The notes under the pieces: model-generated
The model's database searches: none
Told to the model about the DNA's origin: nothing
What the model saw: only the letters and a program-made list of their open reading frames with translations
Source: Mobula hypostoma
Lineage: Eukaryota
Direction: 5' to 3'
Assembly: GCF_963921235.1 (NCBI RefSeq)
Contig: NC_086118.1
Span: forward strand, 26,600,001 to 26,664,000
Length of the DNA: 64,000 bases
Shown here: piece after piece, positions 40,276-53,455 of the stretch
How positions within the stretch are numbered: position 1 is the first letter of the stretch
How the letters are laid out: each line of letters starts with the position of its first letter
Made by a program: the position numbers and the translations under genes

Positions 40276-41141
40276 TGTTACATAACCGGCAACAATGAAT
40301 ATTAATCAAGACAGGTTATATAAAAACAACCAAACATTTATTAAACATGTATAAACGATAGGGAAAAAAAACCAAAGGAAAACTTTAACCGGAGGTTAAA
40401 CAGGTACGCAGCCGTTCACCAACTTCACTCGGCTCTGGTTCTTAAAGCGTTAAATGCGAAACTAGTTCTTAAAGTGATACAGTCAGATATAGTTCATAAA
40501 GCGATAACTTTGAAAGTCCAACAGTTTTACACATTCAATTGGGAGAGACTTCTCTGGAGAAGGACTTCTTCACAGACACACCTTTACTGCTGGTTCTGTC
40601 CACAGGATTCCCAATGCCGAAAATAAACAGTTCAAATCGACTGACCTTAAATTCCTTTAGAGAGAGAGAGCACTTTTTTGCATGAACTCATTGCCCTTTT
40701 GCAAGAGTTATCTCGATGCAGGTTCTCTCCAACGAAGACTCAATAAGGTTGATTTTTTATTAAAATGCCGAACGATGCCAACTTCTCTCCATCCTTCGAT
40801 GAATTCTTCACTCTCTCTTTAAATATCAGAATTGAGCAAACTAGCACTTCCAGCCAAAAATTCCCAGTCCAATAATACAATATCTTGTAAGAGAACGCAC
40901 CTTCTGTTTTAAAAATGAAACTACGTCACAAAAACAAACACGCAACAGAAACGGAGGCACAACACGTTCTACCTGGAAATCTACAAATTCAAAATCCTAC
41001 TGCATCACCTGAGTCGACCCTTATATAGTCATGGGGCACGTCATCACGTGACCTCACATCGGAGGGAAAATCACATCAGGTGACCTCCAAAAGACCATTA
41101 CATCATTCTCACAAAAAAAAAATCTCCTTGAGCACGTAACA
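40276..41141 (-). mobile_element. Solo LTR (Gypsy/ERV-type) inserted in the CR1 ORF2
   Basis: Ends TGTTAC ... GTAACA with 4-bp TSD GGAA (40272-40275, 41142-41145). The CR1 reads through once it is removed. Minus-strand TATATAA (41021-41027) and AATAAA (40337-40342). Confidence 0.85.
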
Positions 41142-42785
41142 GGAACCAGAGGAGATAGCAGAGGTACTTAATGAGTACTTTGCTTCAGTATTCACTACGG
41201 AAAAGGATCTTGGCGATTGTAGAGATGACTTACAGCGGACTGAAAAGCTTGAGCATGTAGATATTAAGAAAGAGCATGTGCAGGAACCTTTGGAAAGCAT
41301 CAAGTTGGATGAGTCACCGGGAACAGATGAGATGTACCCCAGGATACTGTGGGAGGTGAAGAAGGAGATTGCTGAGCCACTGGCAATGATCTTTACATCA
41401 TCAATGGGGACGGGAGAGGTTCTGGAGGATTGGAGGATTAGAGGGTTGCAGATGTTGTTCCATTATTCGAGAAAGGGAGTGGAGATAGCACAGGAAATTA
41501 TAGGCCAGTGAGTCTTACTTCAGTGGTTAGTAAGTTGATGGAGAAGATCCTGAGAGGCAGGATTATGAACATTTGGAGAGGCATAATATGATTAGGAATA
41601 GTCAGCATGGCTTTGTGAAAGGCAGGTCATAACCTTACGAGTCTGATTGAATTTTTCTGAGAATGTGACTAAACACATTGATGATGGTAGAGCAGTATAT
41701 GGATTTCAGCAAGGCATTTGATAAGGTAACCCATGCAAGGCTTATTGAGAAAGTAAGGAGGCATGGAATCCAAGGGGAAATTGCTTTGTGGATCCAGAAC
41801 TGGCTTGCCCACAGAAGGCAAAGAGTGGTTGGAGATGGGTCATATTCTGCATGGCAGTCGGTGACTAGCGGTGTGCCTCAGGGATCTGTTCTGGGACCCT
41901 AACTCTTCGTGATTTATATAAATGACCTACATAAAGAAGTGGAAGGATGGGTTAGTAAATTTGCTGATGACACAAAGGTTGGAGGTGTTGTGGATAGTGT
42001 GGAGAGCTGTCAGAGATTACAGCGGGACATTAAGAGGATGAAAAAAAATGGGCTGAGAAGTGGGAGATGGAGTTCAACCCAGATAAGTGTGAGGTGGTTC
42101 ATTTTGGTAGGTCAAATATGATGACAGAATATAGTATTAATGGTAAGACTCTTGGCAGTGTGGAGGATCAAAGGGATCTTGGGGTCCGAGTCCATACAAC
42201 ACTCAAGGCTGCTGTGCAGGTCGACTCTGTGGTTAAGCATACGGTGCACTGGCCTTGATCAATAGTGGGATTGAGTTTAGGACCCGAGAGGTAATGTTGC
42301 AGCTGTATAGGACCCTGGTCAGACCCTAGTTGGAGTACTGTGCTCAGTTCTGGTCGCCTCACCAAGTGGAAACCATAAAAAGGATGCAGAGGAGATTTAT
42401 AAGGATGTCGCCAGGATTGAGGAGCATGCCTTATGAGAATAGGTTGAGTGAACTCAGCCTTTTTTCCTTGGAGCGATGGAGGATGAGAGGTGACCTGATA
42501 AAGGTGTATAAGATGATGAGAGGCATTGATCATGCGGATAGTCAGAGGCTTTTTCCCAGCGCTGGTGGCTAGCACAAGAGGGCAGTTTTAAGGTGCTTGG
42601 AATTAGGTGCAGAGGAGATGTAAGGAGTAAGTTGTTGTTGATGTTCTTTTTTAAAAACGCAGAGAGTGGTGAGTGCATGAAATGGGCTGCCGGCGATGGT
42701 GGTGGAGGCGGATACGATAGGGTCTTTTAAGAGACTCCTGGACAGGTGTATGGAGATCAGAAAACTAGAGGGCTATGGGTAACCC

Positions 42786-44281
42786 AGACATCCCACCTCT
42801 CCTGGAAGTTCCAGGAGTCTCCCGCATATTGATAGCAGCTCCCTGAAGACCAGAAATTATATACAATATCCCGGAAATCGATTTTTTTTGAAAGGGAGAG
42901 GGAGAGCAAGAGTGAGCATCCTGATTGGTCTCCCTTCGTGCTAAGAGTGGTCCTCAACCACCAGGCTGCGAGGAAACGATATGATTTGGCGATATGAAAC
43001 GATATGAGTCAGCTGCACCTTTCCTCATTCCCTGTCATGCCCACTGTTGAACTTGAACTCACGCGAGGTCATTACCCACGCGTCATCCATGTCAGCGCGG
43101 GAAGAAGATCAACTCCTCAAGCTTGCAAATGACAGCGGGCTGAAAAGTATGTTTGATATAACATCTCTGCTGGCATTCTGGTTCAAAGTCAGGGCTGAAT
43201 ATCCTGAGAGAGCCATGGAAGCACTGAAAACGTTGCTTCCATTTCCAGCATCGTATCTCTGTGAAGCGGAGTTTTCTGCAATGAATGCAATGAAAACAAA
43301 ATTGCGGAATAGACTGGACATAAGGATCCCCCTTCGAGTATCGCTGTCTCCCATCACCCCTCGATAGGACCATCTTGTTGCAGGGAACAAGCCCAGGGCT
43401 CCCACTGATTCAGCGATACTGGTGTGTTGGAATGATTTTATATGTTCATACGGGGAAAATATGTGCTGTGCGTTTAATATCCAAACGTTACTTAAAATGT
43501 TATGATGCTATTGACTTATGTGATTTATAATTGACTTATCACTATATTCATGCGAGGAAAATATGCGCTGTGTTATTAAATTTGTTAGGTAAACCCTTTT
43601 AGAAATGAAATTGAGTGTATTAGTAATTTATAAGTTACTTATAGTTGACTTATCACCTATATTCCAGTCGTGATCAACACCCCCCCCCCGCCCCCCCCAG
43701 GTTGGCCAGTCTGCAAGAATATTGTCAATATTAAACCGGTCCGCAGTGCAAAAAAGGTTGGAGACCCCTGCTCAGTAGACCTATCAGTTTTCTCTGTGGA
43801 AGGGCTTTACAGTGAACCTCAAAAATAATGACAGTGTTGCTCGCTGCACTGTTTGCAACAGTGACTTTTCTATTACCCATGGTGGGTTAAAATGTAAAAG
43901 ACACGTTAAGATGAGTTTAACAGGTGTCATTTGTTCATTAGCACAGATAACGTTATTTAAACTAGCTGGCTAGCTGCTAAGGAGCTACTCTATTGATGTC
44001 CTATGTGAGGAGGCCAAACTCCCTGTAGAGTTGCTTAAAGTTGTAATAGAATAAACAAGATAATATAACATAAGTACATATTTTAATGTCACATTTTCTG
44101 CATATACCCAATTTGGTTTACAGATTAGACAAAATCACTAAAGAAAGTATTACATACACCCTTGGAGGTCGACGGGGGGGGGGGTAGAGGGAGATATGGG
44201 GCTGCGGGAGGGTGGGGGTTCTACCTCCCTGAAATGGTGGTGGTACCTCCCTGAAATGAGTTTTTGCAGGGTGGGATGTCT
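42786..44281 (+). mobile_element. Non-autonomous hAT-type element with BED-finger remnant, inserted in the CR1 3' end
   Basis: TIRs AGACATCCCACC / GGTGGGATGTCT and flanks GGTAACCC / AGTAACCC. The segment at about 43825-43910 translates to ARCTVCNSDFSITHGGLKCKRH. Confidence 0.8.
42945..43770 (+). mobile_element. Second Charlie-like hAT copy, nested in the BED-finger element
   Basis: Colinear with 6966-8270 minus the nested MITE. Peptide FWFKVRAEYPE..LLPFPASYLCEAEFS..TKLRNRLD. Right TIR GGTTGGAGACCCCTG. Confidence 0.9.
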
Positions 44282-44390
44282 AGTAACCCTAGGTAATTTC
44301 TCAGGTAAAGACATGTTTGGCACAGCTTTGTGAGCCAAAGGGCCTGTATTGTGCTGTAGGTTTTCTATGTTCTATGTTCTACGTGGAATA

Positions 44391-44546
44391 TTCTCACAAA
44401 CAAGAAAGTCTGCAGAAGCTGTTAATCCAAGCAACACAGATAAAATGTCCTGCCAAAGAGTCTCAGCCCAAAATGTCGAATGTATTTTCTCCCCCCCCCA
44501 TAGATGCTGCCTGGTCTGCTGAGTTCCTCCAGCATTTTGTGTGTGT
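44391..44546. mobile_element. Short PLE insertion (inverted terminus plus forward terminus)
   Basis: Flanks TACGTGGAATA (44380-44390) and TACATGGAATA (44547-44557). Decayed hammerhead gtcctgccaaagagtctcagcccaaaatgtc. Confidence 0.7.
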
Positions 44547-45523
44547 TACATGGAATACCCTACCTAATCCTGGGCACTACCCATTGGGAAGGATATGAGA
44601 GTTTGGAGAGGATATAGAAGAGATTTACTATAACAATCCCATGGATGAAGTTAGTGATACACTTTCAATCATTGAAGATTAACGTTATTTTCCTTGGAGC
44701 AGAGAAAGGCAAATGGAAATGCATTAGATGGACAAATAAGAGTAGCCTCTTTTCACTGAAACGTTCATAACCTGAAACCATGGCTTTAAAGTTATTTACA
44801 AAGAAATCACAGATGACAAAAGAAAAAAATAGTTTACAGAGATTAGGATACACCACTTGAAAGGGCAGTGTATCCCAACCATGTATACTAAAGTACACAG
44901 TTTCAAATGTATTTTTTGGATAAATACTTAAAGGCAAATAAGGCATAATTGATGCATGGAAAAAGGGTTTGAAATTAGACCAACTAATTTCTTATTGAAT
45001 CAGCTAGCCCAGATACTAACTTCATGGAATGGAGGGCCTCTAGGGCAGGATTCCACCAGAAGGATGCACAGTCCTGTGTAATTACGGGGAAAAAAAAACA
45101 GAGAGAGAGCACCCACAGCATCTTTAGAAGTATTTATCCCACACACTCACACTAGTCAAATCAATTACTATTAATGCTGCTGATTGTCTGCCATATTTTC
45201 CTACATTGAGGCAAAATTAAAATAGTTGTGAATCAGTGATGAAGCGTTTTGCCACTTCCTAGTTATTTAAGTGTTATTTAAATACAAATTCTCCCGTCAT
45301 TATTTCTTTACACATCTGATTCAAAAGCTAACTTCTGTCTGCAACTAGAGCTTAGTTCCCTTTTTCACCCACCTTAAAACAATCTTCTTTTTGAATATAC
45401 TCTCAATTTATAAAGCACATTCAAACATTTTAATTTAAAATTCCCTTTACCTCTTCATCAAGATTAAAATTTGTAAGAAAAAACGCTCCTTCAAGTTTTC
45501 AGTAAAAGTACTTATTATCTAGA

Positions 45524-46568
45524 CACAAACAAGAGAAACCACCAATGCCGCCCTCAACTGCATCTCTTCCATTTCACACACGTCTGTTTTCACCCCACCC
45601 TCCTGCCACCCTACCAGGGATAGGGTTCCTCTTGTCCTCACCTACCACCCCACCAGCCTCCGCATCCAGCACACAATTCTTCGGAACTTCCGCCATCTCC
45701 AATGGGATCCCGCTACCAAGCACATCTCTCCCACCCCCCCAACTTTCTGCTTTCTGTAGGGATCACTCCCTTGTCCTTTCATCCCTCTCCCTCCTGGCAC
45801 TTGTCCTTGCAAGCAGAACAAGTGCTACACCTGGCCCTACATCTCCTCTCTCACCACCACTCAGGGCTCCAAACAGTCCTTCCAGGTGAGGCGACACTTC
45901 ACCTGAGTCTGTTGGGGTCATATACTGTGTCCAGTGTTCCCCGTGTAACCTCTGTGTACCGTGGAGATCCAACATGGATTGGGCGGCCTTTTTGCCGAGC
46001 ACCTGCACTCCGTCCGCCGGAAGAAGCAGGATCTCCCAGTGGCCACCTATTTTAATTCCACTTCCTATTCCCATTCTAATACGTCAATCCATGGCCTTCT
46101 TTACTGTCGCGATGACACCACACTCAGGTTGGAGGAAAAACACCTTACATTCCTTCTGAGTAGCCTCCAACCTGATGGCATGAACATCAATTTCTCAAAC
46201 TTCCAGTAATGTCCTCCCCCCCACCCCCTTTTCCCTCCCTCACCTCATCACCTTACCTGCCCACTGATTCCCTCTGGTGCTCCCTCCTCCTTTCCTTTTT
46301 TCCATGGCCTTCTGTCCTCTGCTATTAGATTCCTCCTTCTCCAGCCCCGTATCTCTTTCACCAATCAGCTTCCCAGCTCTTTACTTCATCCGTCTGTGTC
46401 CTGGTTTCACCTTGTGTTTCTCCCTCACCTCTCCCAATTTTTAAATCTACTTATCTTTTTTTTCTCCAATTCTGCTGAAGGGTCTCGGCCCTGAAACTCA
46501 ACAGTACTGTTTCGCATAGATGCTGCCTGGCCTGCAGAGTTCCTCCAGCATTTTGTGCATGTTGCATG
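45524..46568 (+). mobile_element. Penelope-like element (probably Neptune-type) with linker cysteines, GIY-YIG endonuclease remnant and 3' end
   Basis: DRVPLVLTYHPTSLRIQH, GTCPCKQNKCYT, GVIYCVQC, FAEHLHSVR..PVATYFN..RLEEKHL..LQPDGMNINFSNFQ*. Decayed hammerhead near 46472. Short inverted terminus at the 5' end. Confidence 0.88.
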
Positions 46569-47019
46569 TTATCGAGAATTGGATAATCTCGCACTTTCAT
46601 CAAATAAAAACAACTTCTGACTGCATCAATTAAAAGGAGCATTTTGCCATAAAGAAGTCAAAATAAATGGTGCTTTATTGCTGCCATTGCATAAAATAGT
46701 GCCATCACAAATATCTCTCGATGTGCATGGGATTTTACACATTCAGGTTTTCCTTTGGCCTCAGAAAGAACCGGGGGGGGGGGGTGCAGGGTAGGCCGAG
46801 TAAGTTGCCACTTTATCCATCCATATTCTTCCATTGGCATTGACCCAGTAGGTTTCTACTTACTCAACAGGACAATGGCCCACATCTCTAACCTCAACGC
46901 TACAGAGGCATCCAGCGCAAAATAAAAGAACAAAATCATGTGTGATTGTCCCAGAGTCTCTACGAGGAAATAAGACGATGTTCCTACAGAATGCCTTCCT
47001 TCACCTTGTAGCCAATCGG

Positions 47020-47370
47020 ACAATAGAGTTGACTTTGACAGCACAAAGCTACTGTGCCGCACCAATGGCTTTTGTGACTGCCTGGTGAGGGAAGTGTCTG
47101 AAATAAAATCTGAAATGAATTTTAACAAAGATGAAGGTCTCGCTCTAAGAACTGGAATTTGATTGTAAACAAGTTGGGACAGCCGAAACCTGATTGGATG
47201 AGGACTAACCAATCTGGAATGATGGGAGTATTAGTACCACTGGGGACTAGACATGCCCAGGCATCATCCTTAATGAAGATGGCAGAATTTGTTATCGAAA
47301 CATCGGTACCCATCTAGAAGCCCGAAAAGACTTTATTCATCATATACACCAGGAAAATACTAGATCCTTC
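47020..47370 (+). mobile_element. Second PLE lineage (Penelope/Poseidon-type) endonuclease C-terminus and 3' end
   Basis: RVDFDSTKLLCRTNGFCDCLVREVSEIKSEMNFNKDEGLAL, followed by a decayed hammerhead at 47268-47306. Confidence 0.72.
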
Positions 47371-47571
47371 AAGATAGAAGCTCATCCTCAACCCTTCATT
47401 ACCATTCCCCTCAAAACCAGCTACCCTTGGATCACATTCTATGCAGAAAACAACACACCTCTCATTCCTCTGAATAAATACAGCACAGCTAAATCAATAC
47501 TAACTCTTCATAATTAGACAAGTGCTCTTTTGATACACATTTACAAGAAATGCACAGAGTTTACTGTGACA

Positions 47572-48018
47572 GAATGAATTGAATTGACTTTATTTGTTAC
47601 ATCCTTCACGAGTAAAAAACTTTACATTAAGTCTCCGTCTGAATGTGCAATGTGAAAATTATAGTCATTTGTAATAAATAGTATGTGCAACAGGACAATC
47701 AGTGTAGCATAGAAATACAATTGTATCGGCGAATTAATCAGTCTGATAGCCTGGTAGAAGAAGCGGTCCTGGAGCCTGTTGGTCCTGGCTTTTATGCTGC
47801 GGCACTGTTTCCCGGATGGTAGCAGCTGGAACAGTCTGATGGCCTGGTGGAAGAAGCTGTCCCGGAGCTTGTTGGTCCTGGCTTTTATGCTGCAGCACTG
47901 TTTCCCGGATGGTAGCAGCTGGAACAGTCTGATGGCCTGGTGGAAGAAGCTGTCCCGGAGCTTGTTGGTCCTGGCTTTTATGCTGTGGTACCGTTTTGCG
48001 GATGGTAGCAGCTGGAAC
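47572..48018 (-). mobile_element. Rex1-like LINE 3' end containing a triplicated 93-bp segment
   Basis: gaattgaattgactttatt tail. Minus strand encodes FQLLPSGK/R-like peptides. Units start at 47739, 47832 and 47925. Confidence 0.78.
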
Positions 48019-50997
48019 TATCTTTCTGATGCGGAGGCCTGGGGAAGATTTTGCAGCTGAGCATTTAGTTTCCAGTATTTATGTGGTGAGTTCTGTGTTC
48101 AGTATTGAAAGGGCAACACTCCAAAAGGTAAAATAGCTGTGCTGCCGTCTTTAAATTGGATTTTTAAGAATGCATGTTAGCTTAATGGGAGTGAACTCTC
48201 TATTAGAAATGGCAAACTAAGATACTTATTTTCAAAACTGCACCACAGGTTTAACACTGTGATTTTATTTGCACTTATTTTTAAAAGCATTTTCTTGCTG
48301 AAGGGTCTTTTGATTGTTTCCGAGGGCAGAAGAGGAACCAATTTAAAAATCAAGATTGTTCTTTCCACGTGCAAACGCAAAGCTGGTAGCCTTGGTAACT
48401 TGTACATTTTAGATTTATAAAGGTGAGTTCCATCATACCTTCTCAGGAGCCCAAAGCCTCCTAAATAAAATATGACATTTATGCATTTATACATCAGTTC
48501 AATGAATAAAATTGATTCATTCAGTAAAAACCTTGATGTAGTTTAGAACACACAAATGACAATAAAGATTAGACTATTGTCCCTCAAGCCTGCCCTGTGA
48601 TTTAATACCATAGTTGATTGTATATCAATCTCAACTCTGCATCTGTATACTCACAGTAACCTTTCATCCCCTTGTAATCTATCTACCTCTACCTTAGAAG
48701 TATTTAAAGAATGTTTCTCCATGCCTTACGAAAGAGTGTTGCAAAGGGACTGATTCCTCAAAAAAAAATTTACCTCAAATTTAAATGGGTGATCTCTTAT
48801 TATTAGACAGTAATCCCCAGTTCTAGACTCTCCCACAAGGGAGACATCTCCACATCAATGAGGAAGGACAGAGTACAATTTGAGGAGTGTGGTGTATAAG
48901 CAATATATTTTATGTATTGGACAACTAGAGAGACAATGATTTAAAGGTCGAATCACGAACAAGATGAAGGGTTATGTCGATTATTTACTCTTTTCCACAG
49001 ATACTGCCTGGCCTGCTGAGCTCCTCCAGCATTTTGTTGGTGCTGCTTGTATTGTGGGCATATTTTCTTTAGAACTTTTACTAAAATTTGTTTTCATGCA
49101 ATATATTAGAATACTTCAAGTTTTCTTTTTTGAGCTTTTTATTCTCGAACATCTCTGATACTACATTTTTATGCTTACGAAAACCTTTTGGGTTTGTTCA
49201 TATTGGGTTAATTCTCCTCTTATTCTTTCCTTTTCTGCTCCCCCACCCGAGCGCTCGCAAATTCTCAGTGGCTGCAGGAACTGAATGATCAACAAAGTAT
49301 TTTGGTATCAAATACAAGAAGCTAGGTGCATCAGTGTATTTTCTAGCAATCTGATCCAGTAATGAGTTAATATTCAGTAATCGTTTGACTCTTTGAAGCT
49401 GCAAGGATGACAAAGAAAATCCCTTTCTGTCTGAAATAAACTATGTCCAGTGATTTGTTTTAGTCAGACTGCTATTAATGGTTTATCAAAATTTACTTGC
49501 TTGGCTGCAATACCAAACATCGTATGGAAAAATCAGATAATGTGAGGTTTTTATGTTTTGTGAAAACAGGAATAAAATTAATAAAAAATAACATTGTGGG
49601 GAAAGCACCAAACAATTGCTTCCTGCCATGGCCATGGAATATTTAAGTGCTAACACAATGCAAATCCTCACAGAAAATGCCCTCAGTTTGTGAATAAAAT
49701 TAGTAATAATATCTGAGCAATGACATTTGCTCAATACATCATGGTTGAGAATGGGAAGATGTCCAAGAGTTGTTAGCGGCCTATTCAATATCAACCCTCA
49801 TAATTATAAGAAAACCAAATTCCCTTGCAACAACACACATGTATCAAAAGGCTACAACATTACTGATGTGATGGAATCTAAGGCAACACATCCTATTCAT
49901 TAACAAACAATAAAGATTGCACTTAATGCTGCAAGAATGGTTAAGATGCCTTAATTTTGGTACTGATTAAAACATGGCTTCTGCATCAATCAAAGAGGGG
50001 AGTGGAGACAAAAAGTTGTACGTTGTAAATGCCAACCAAAAATAGAAAGGAAACTTTTTCACGACTCGCCTAACATTCCATAAGCAAGTACGAGGGATTT
50101 GATAAATAAAGGAAATGTTTTAGAGAAAACATGTCACTCTCCATACCTCAGGAGGGAAGACCTTCATCTCTAGGTAAAGGCTGCGAATGGAACATTATGA
50201 GTCTAGAATTTACTTCAGCCCAATATGCTAAACATAATCCATATTCAGTGAGAAAATAAACCACTAAATTGATACTTCTGTCTGTATTGTACACATGACA
50301 GCCACAATATTATGTAGATATTCTTCACTACTTTTTCTGGAAGAATATAATCTACCTAGAATTCTCACAATAGCTTTTGTTTAAATTTTATATGTACACA
50401 AAGGCTTACAGAATGAACACTTCTCCCATCTCCCACCCCTTCCACCCCACCATTTTCCTTTTAGTGTCATTTTCATTCAACCACTCATATCCAAAATTTA
50501 AGTCTGCTAAGGACACTGAAGGTGAAGTCAACTGGCTATTTTAACGTAGCCACAAAGCCTGCCAACACTGACTGAAAAATGGCCTCACAGATGAAGTGTT
50601 GGATTAATTTCCTAATAAATAGCTCCAACCAGCCAAAAGTGAAAAAGGGTAGATTGGCTCCTATTAGTAAATTAAATTAAATTTTGATCCTTCTCTCCTC
50701 GAGCAATAAGACTCCACTGACACAAGCATACTGTTAAGGATTGAGTGTTAGTAGAACATTCAACAACAGGAAACATCAAGACAGATTTGTTTCTAACCTG
50801 AAACTTAATCAGGAGCAGATATAGGTACTTTGGACCCTCAAGCTGCTTTAAAATCTTATCACACCATTTTCTATACCCTGCAATTTCTCTAATATCCTAA
50901 AATCTATTCATGCATTTTGAATGCAATCAGTGACAGAATCTTCATAGTCCTTTATGGTACAGAGTTCCAAATATTCACTGCCCTTTGAAATATTATA

Positions 50998-51620
50998 CAG
51001 TGGATTCCAGTTAATTGGGCCATCGAGGCAGGCATTTATTTTGGACAACTCTTAAAGAGCAAAAATTAAATTGAGAAAATAGCCAGGATTCCCTTAATTT
51101 ATTTGGGATAATATGCCACTGAATTGGGACAGGAGACTGTTGCCAAACAGTTTCTAACTAGGGTCAGTCACGTGCACTTGCAGGGCTGTTAAACACTGCA
51201 CTGTGCTCAGAGCAATCAGTTTTTAAAAGGATTCAGTTTTGTGTGCTTGTGTTCAAAAAGCAGTGATTTTTGCCACTGATAGTCGATGAGAAATAAGCAG
51301 TAAAGACAATTCAGAACTGTTTTGCTCGCTGCAGTTTCAAGCATTCAGGCTTAGAGATGCCAGAAATTGTTTGGAGTGAAAATGAAACAATTTCACGACT
51401 TCAACAAGTTATGAAGGTATAGACAATCATCTTAAATGTCACAGTGAAAATGAAGATTTGGAGGATGCAATAATCTAAAGTATTGCATGAAGGCAGTCCA
51501 TTATCTACATTGGGTGTTCGTGCTGGGTGTCTATTTACAGTCAATTAAAAAGAGCACAGCAAATTAATTCCTCCATTGGTAACTATTAGGAACTAATACA
51601 CAGTTTTATCATATTGTCAT
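50998..51620 (+). mobile_element. pogo/Tigger-like DNA transposon fragment
   Basis: TA-CAGTGGATTCCAGTTAATTGGG terminus and an EISSKTIQNCFARCSFK peptide typical of pogo C-termini. Related ends near 23884 and 63324. Confidence 0.68.
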
Positions 51621-52269
51621 GGCATTTGGTCTTGAATGGAGGTGAATGATTAAACAGTCAAGAATAGTAGGATTAAAGGACAGAAGAGTCCTGTATGTGA
51701 CTGTGAAGGATGAGGTCACAACACTCAGCACTAGCTCCAGCCTGGTGATGGATAACCCTGTCAACTTTCTTTTGAGGCCTCACTATCACAGTTGCCAGAC
51801 TGCAGCCAGCTTTATTCATTCCTATGCACAAGTACTGGACAATAATCATCACTGATGGGGGACATTATAATTCCCCTTACATATCCACCACCTGAAAGTT
51901 AATACGCCAAGCAAGACCTTTAACTGAACTAGCCAAATAAGAGCAAGTCAGAAACTGGTTATCTAATGGCAAGTAACACACATCCTGACCATGTAATCAA
52001 TATCACACAAGTCGGGAGCATGATCAACTATTCTTCACCTACCTGGGAGTAGGAGCTCAACTTTATCCACAGCAAACCCTGTTTGATCAAGCTCTCAAAC
52101 CAAAAACAAATTATTCTCTCCTTCCACTTTCAATGTGCTAAAGAAACAGAGTGCAACATCTGCAAATGCAGTGTATTATCTTGACTAGGCTGTTCCAAAC
52201 CTACAATCTCTACCATTTTGACAGTCAAGGGTAACAACACCTTCAGAAATATAACACCTGCAAGTGTGA

Positions 52270-53215
52270 TGACACGAGGGGAATGAAATGAGTTATGACA
52301 GTGCAAATGCCTCATGGAAATAGGGATTAACTGAATGACCATGTCACAACTTGGCAGATGGAATCTAATGTGGGAAAATGTATGGTTATCAACTTTGGCA
52401 GAAGTAAAGTCAATTGTTGTTAAAATGCTGAGAGATTGGGAAATGTTCAAAAGGATTTGGGTGTCTTTGTACAAAAGCCACTGAAGGGTACTACGCAGGT
52501 GCCACAAAAATAGGAAGATACTTGCAGGTTGGTTGCAAATGCAAGAGGATTTGATTACAAAAGCCTTAACACAATTATGGAAACATAGTGTACATTGTAA
52601 TAGTGTGGCCTTGGAGTGACCAGACCTGGAATATTATGTATAATTCAGGTCTACCTAACAAAAAAAAAGGATATGCACTTAACACTGTATGAACTCAGCG
52701 GGGCAGGCAGCATCTAAGGAAAAGAGACCACCTATGGGGAAAAAAATATATATATATTTATATTCATTCCAAGAAGAGTGCAGCAAAGATTCACCTAGGG
52801 TGGCATATCTGTTACAGGCACAGGGAGTGACAACACAATGCCTCTATTCTTTAGCGTTCAACCGTATATTCTACCAGCCTTATTGAAACCTGTACAGTTC
52901 TTACAAGGTCTGACAAACTGGATATGGGGTAGTTGATTCTCCCTGGCTAAGTAGTTTAAAACTAAGTGTCATAGTCTCAAAATAAATCGAAGGCCATTTA
53001 CAACAGAAATGAGAAGAAATATTTCAAAGGGCAGTGAACATTTGGAACTCTGTACCATGAAGGACTATGAAGATTCTGTCACTGATTGCATTCAAAATGC
53101 ATGAATAGATTTTAGGATATTAGAGAAATTGCAGGGTATAGAAAATGGTGTGATAAGATTTTAAAGCAGCTTGAAGGTCCAAAGCGCCTATATCTGCTCC
53201 TGATTCTCATTCTTA
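52270..53215 (+). mobile_element. Old CR1 3' portion
   Basis: WQMESNVGK-like segment, ggatttgggtgtctttgtaca, gaccagacctggaatatt (RPDLEY) and a CR1-type tail. Confidence 0.65.
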
Positions 53216-53269
53216 TTCCTCTCCAAAAGTCACACACCATTCTGTATCTGAAATACGTTCAGTCCTTAT

Positions 53270-53455
53270 AAACAAGAGAAAATCTGTTGATGCTGGAAAT
53301 CCAAGTAACACACATACAAAATGCTAGAGGAACTCAGCAGGCCAGGCAGCATCTATGGAAAAGAGTACAGTCGATGTCTTGGCCCAAAACTTGACTGTAC
53401 TCTTTACCATAGATGCTGCCTGGCCTGCTGAGTTCCTCCAGCATTTTGTGTCTAT
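53270..53455. mobile_element. Fold-back PLE terminus (about 57-bp imperfect arms) with TSD
   Basis: Arms at about 53316-53372 and 53393-53449. 12-bp TSD TTCAGTCCTTAT (53258-53269, 53456-53467). Confidence 0.85.

Larger units (their letters stand above)
39655..44381 (+). mobile_element. CR1 LINE (endonuclease C-terminus, RT, 3' tail) carrying nested insertions
   Basis: LDLVLGNE..VGEHFGDSDH, NPKAFYKYV, SPGTDEMYPRIL, MDFSKAFDKV, SGVPQGSVLGP, KFADDTKVGG and EYCAQFWSP. (TTCTATG)n tail ending near 44381. Many stops and frameshifts. Confidence 0.93.

Noticed and set aside
49198..49430. Possible minus-strand terminal exon after a tttatttcag acceptor
   Set aside because: The peptide was not recognised and there is no independent support.
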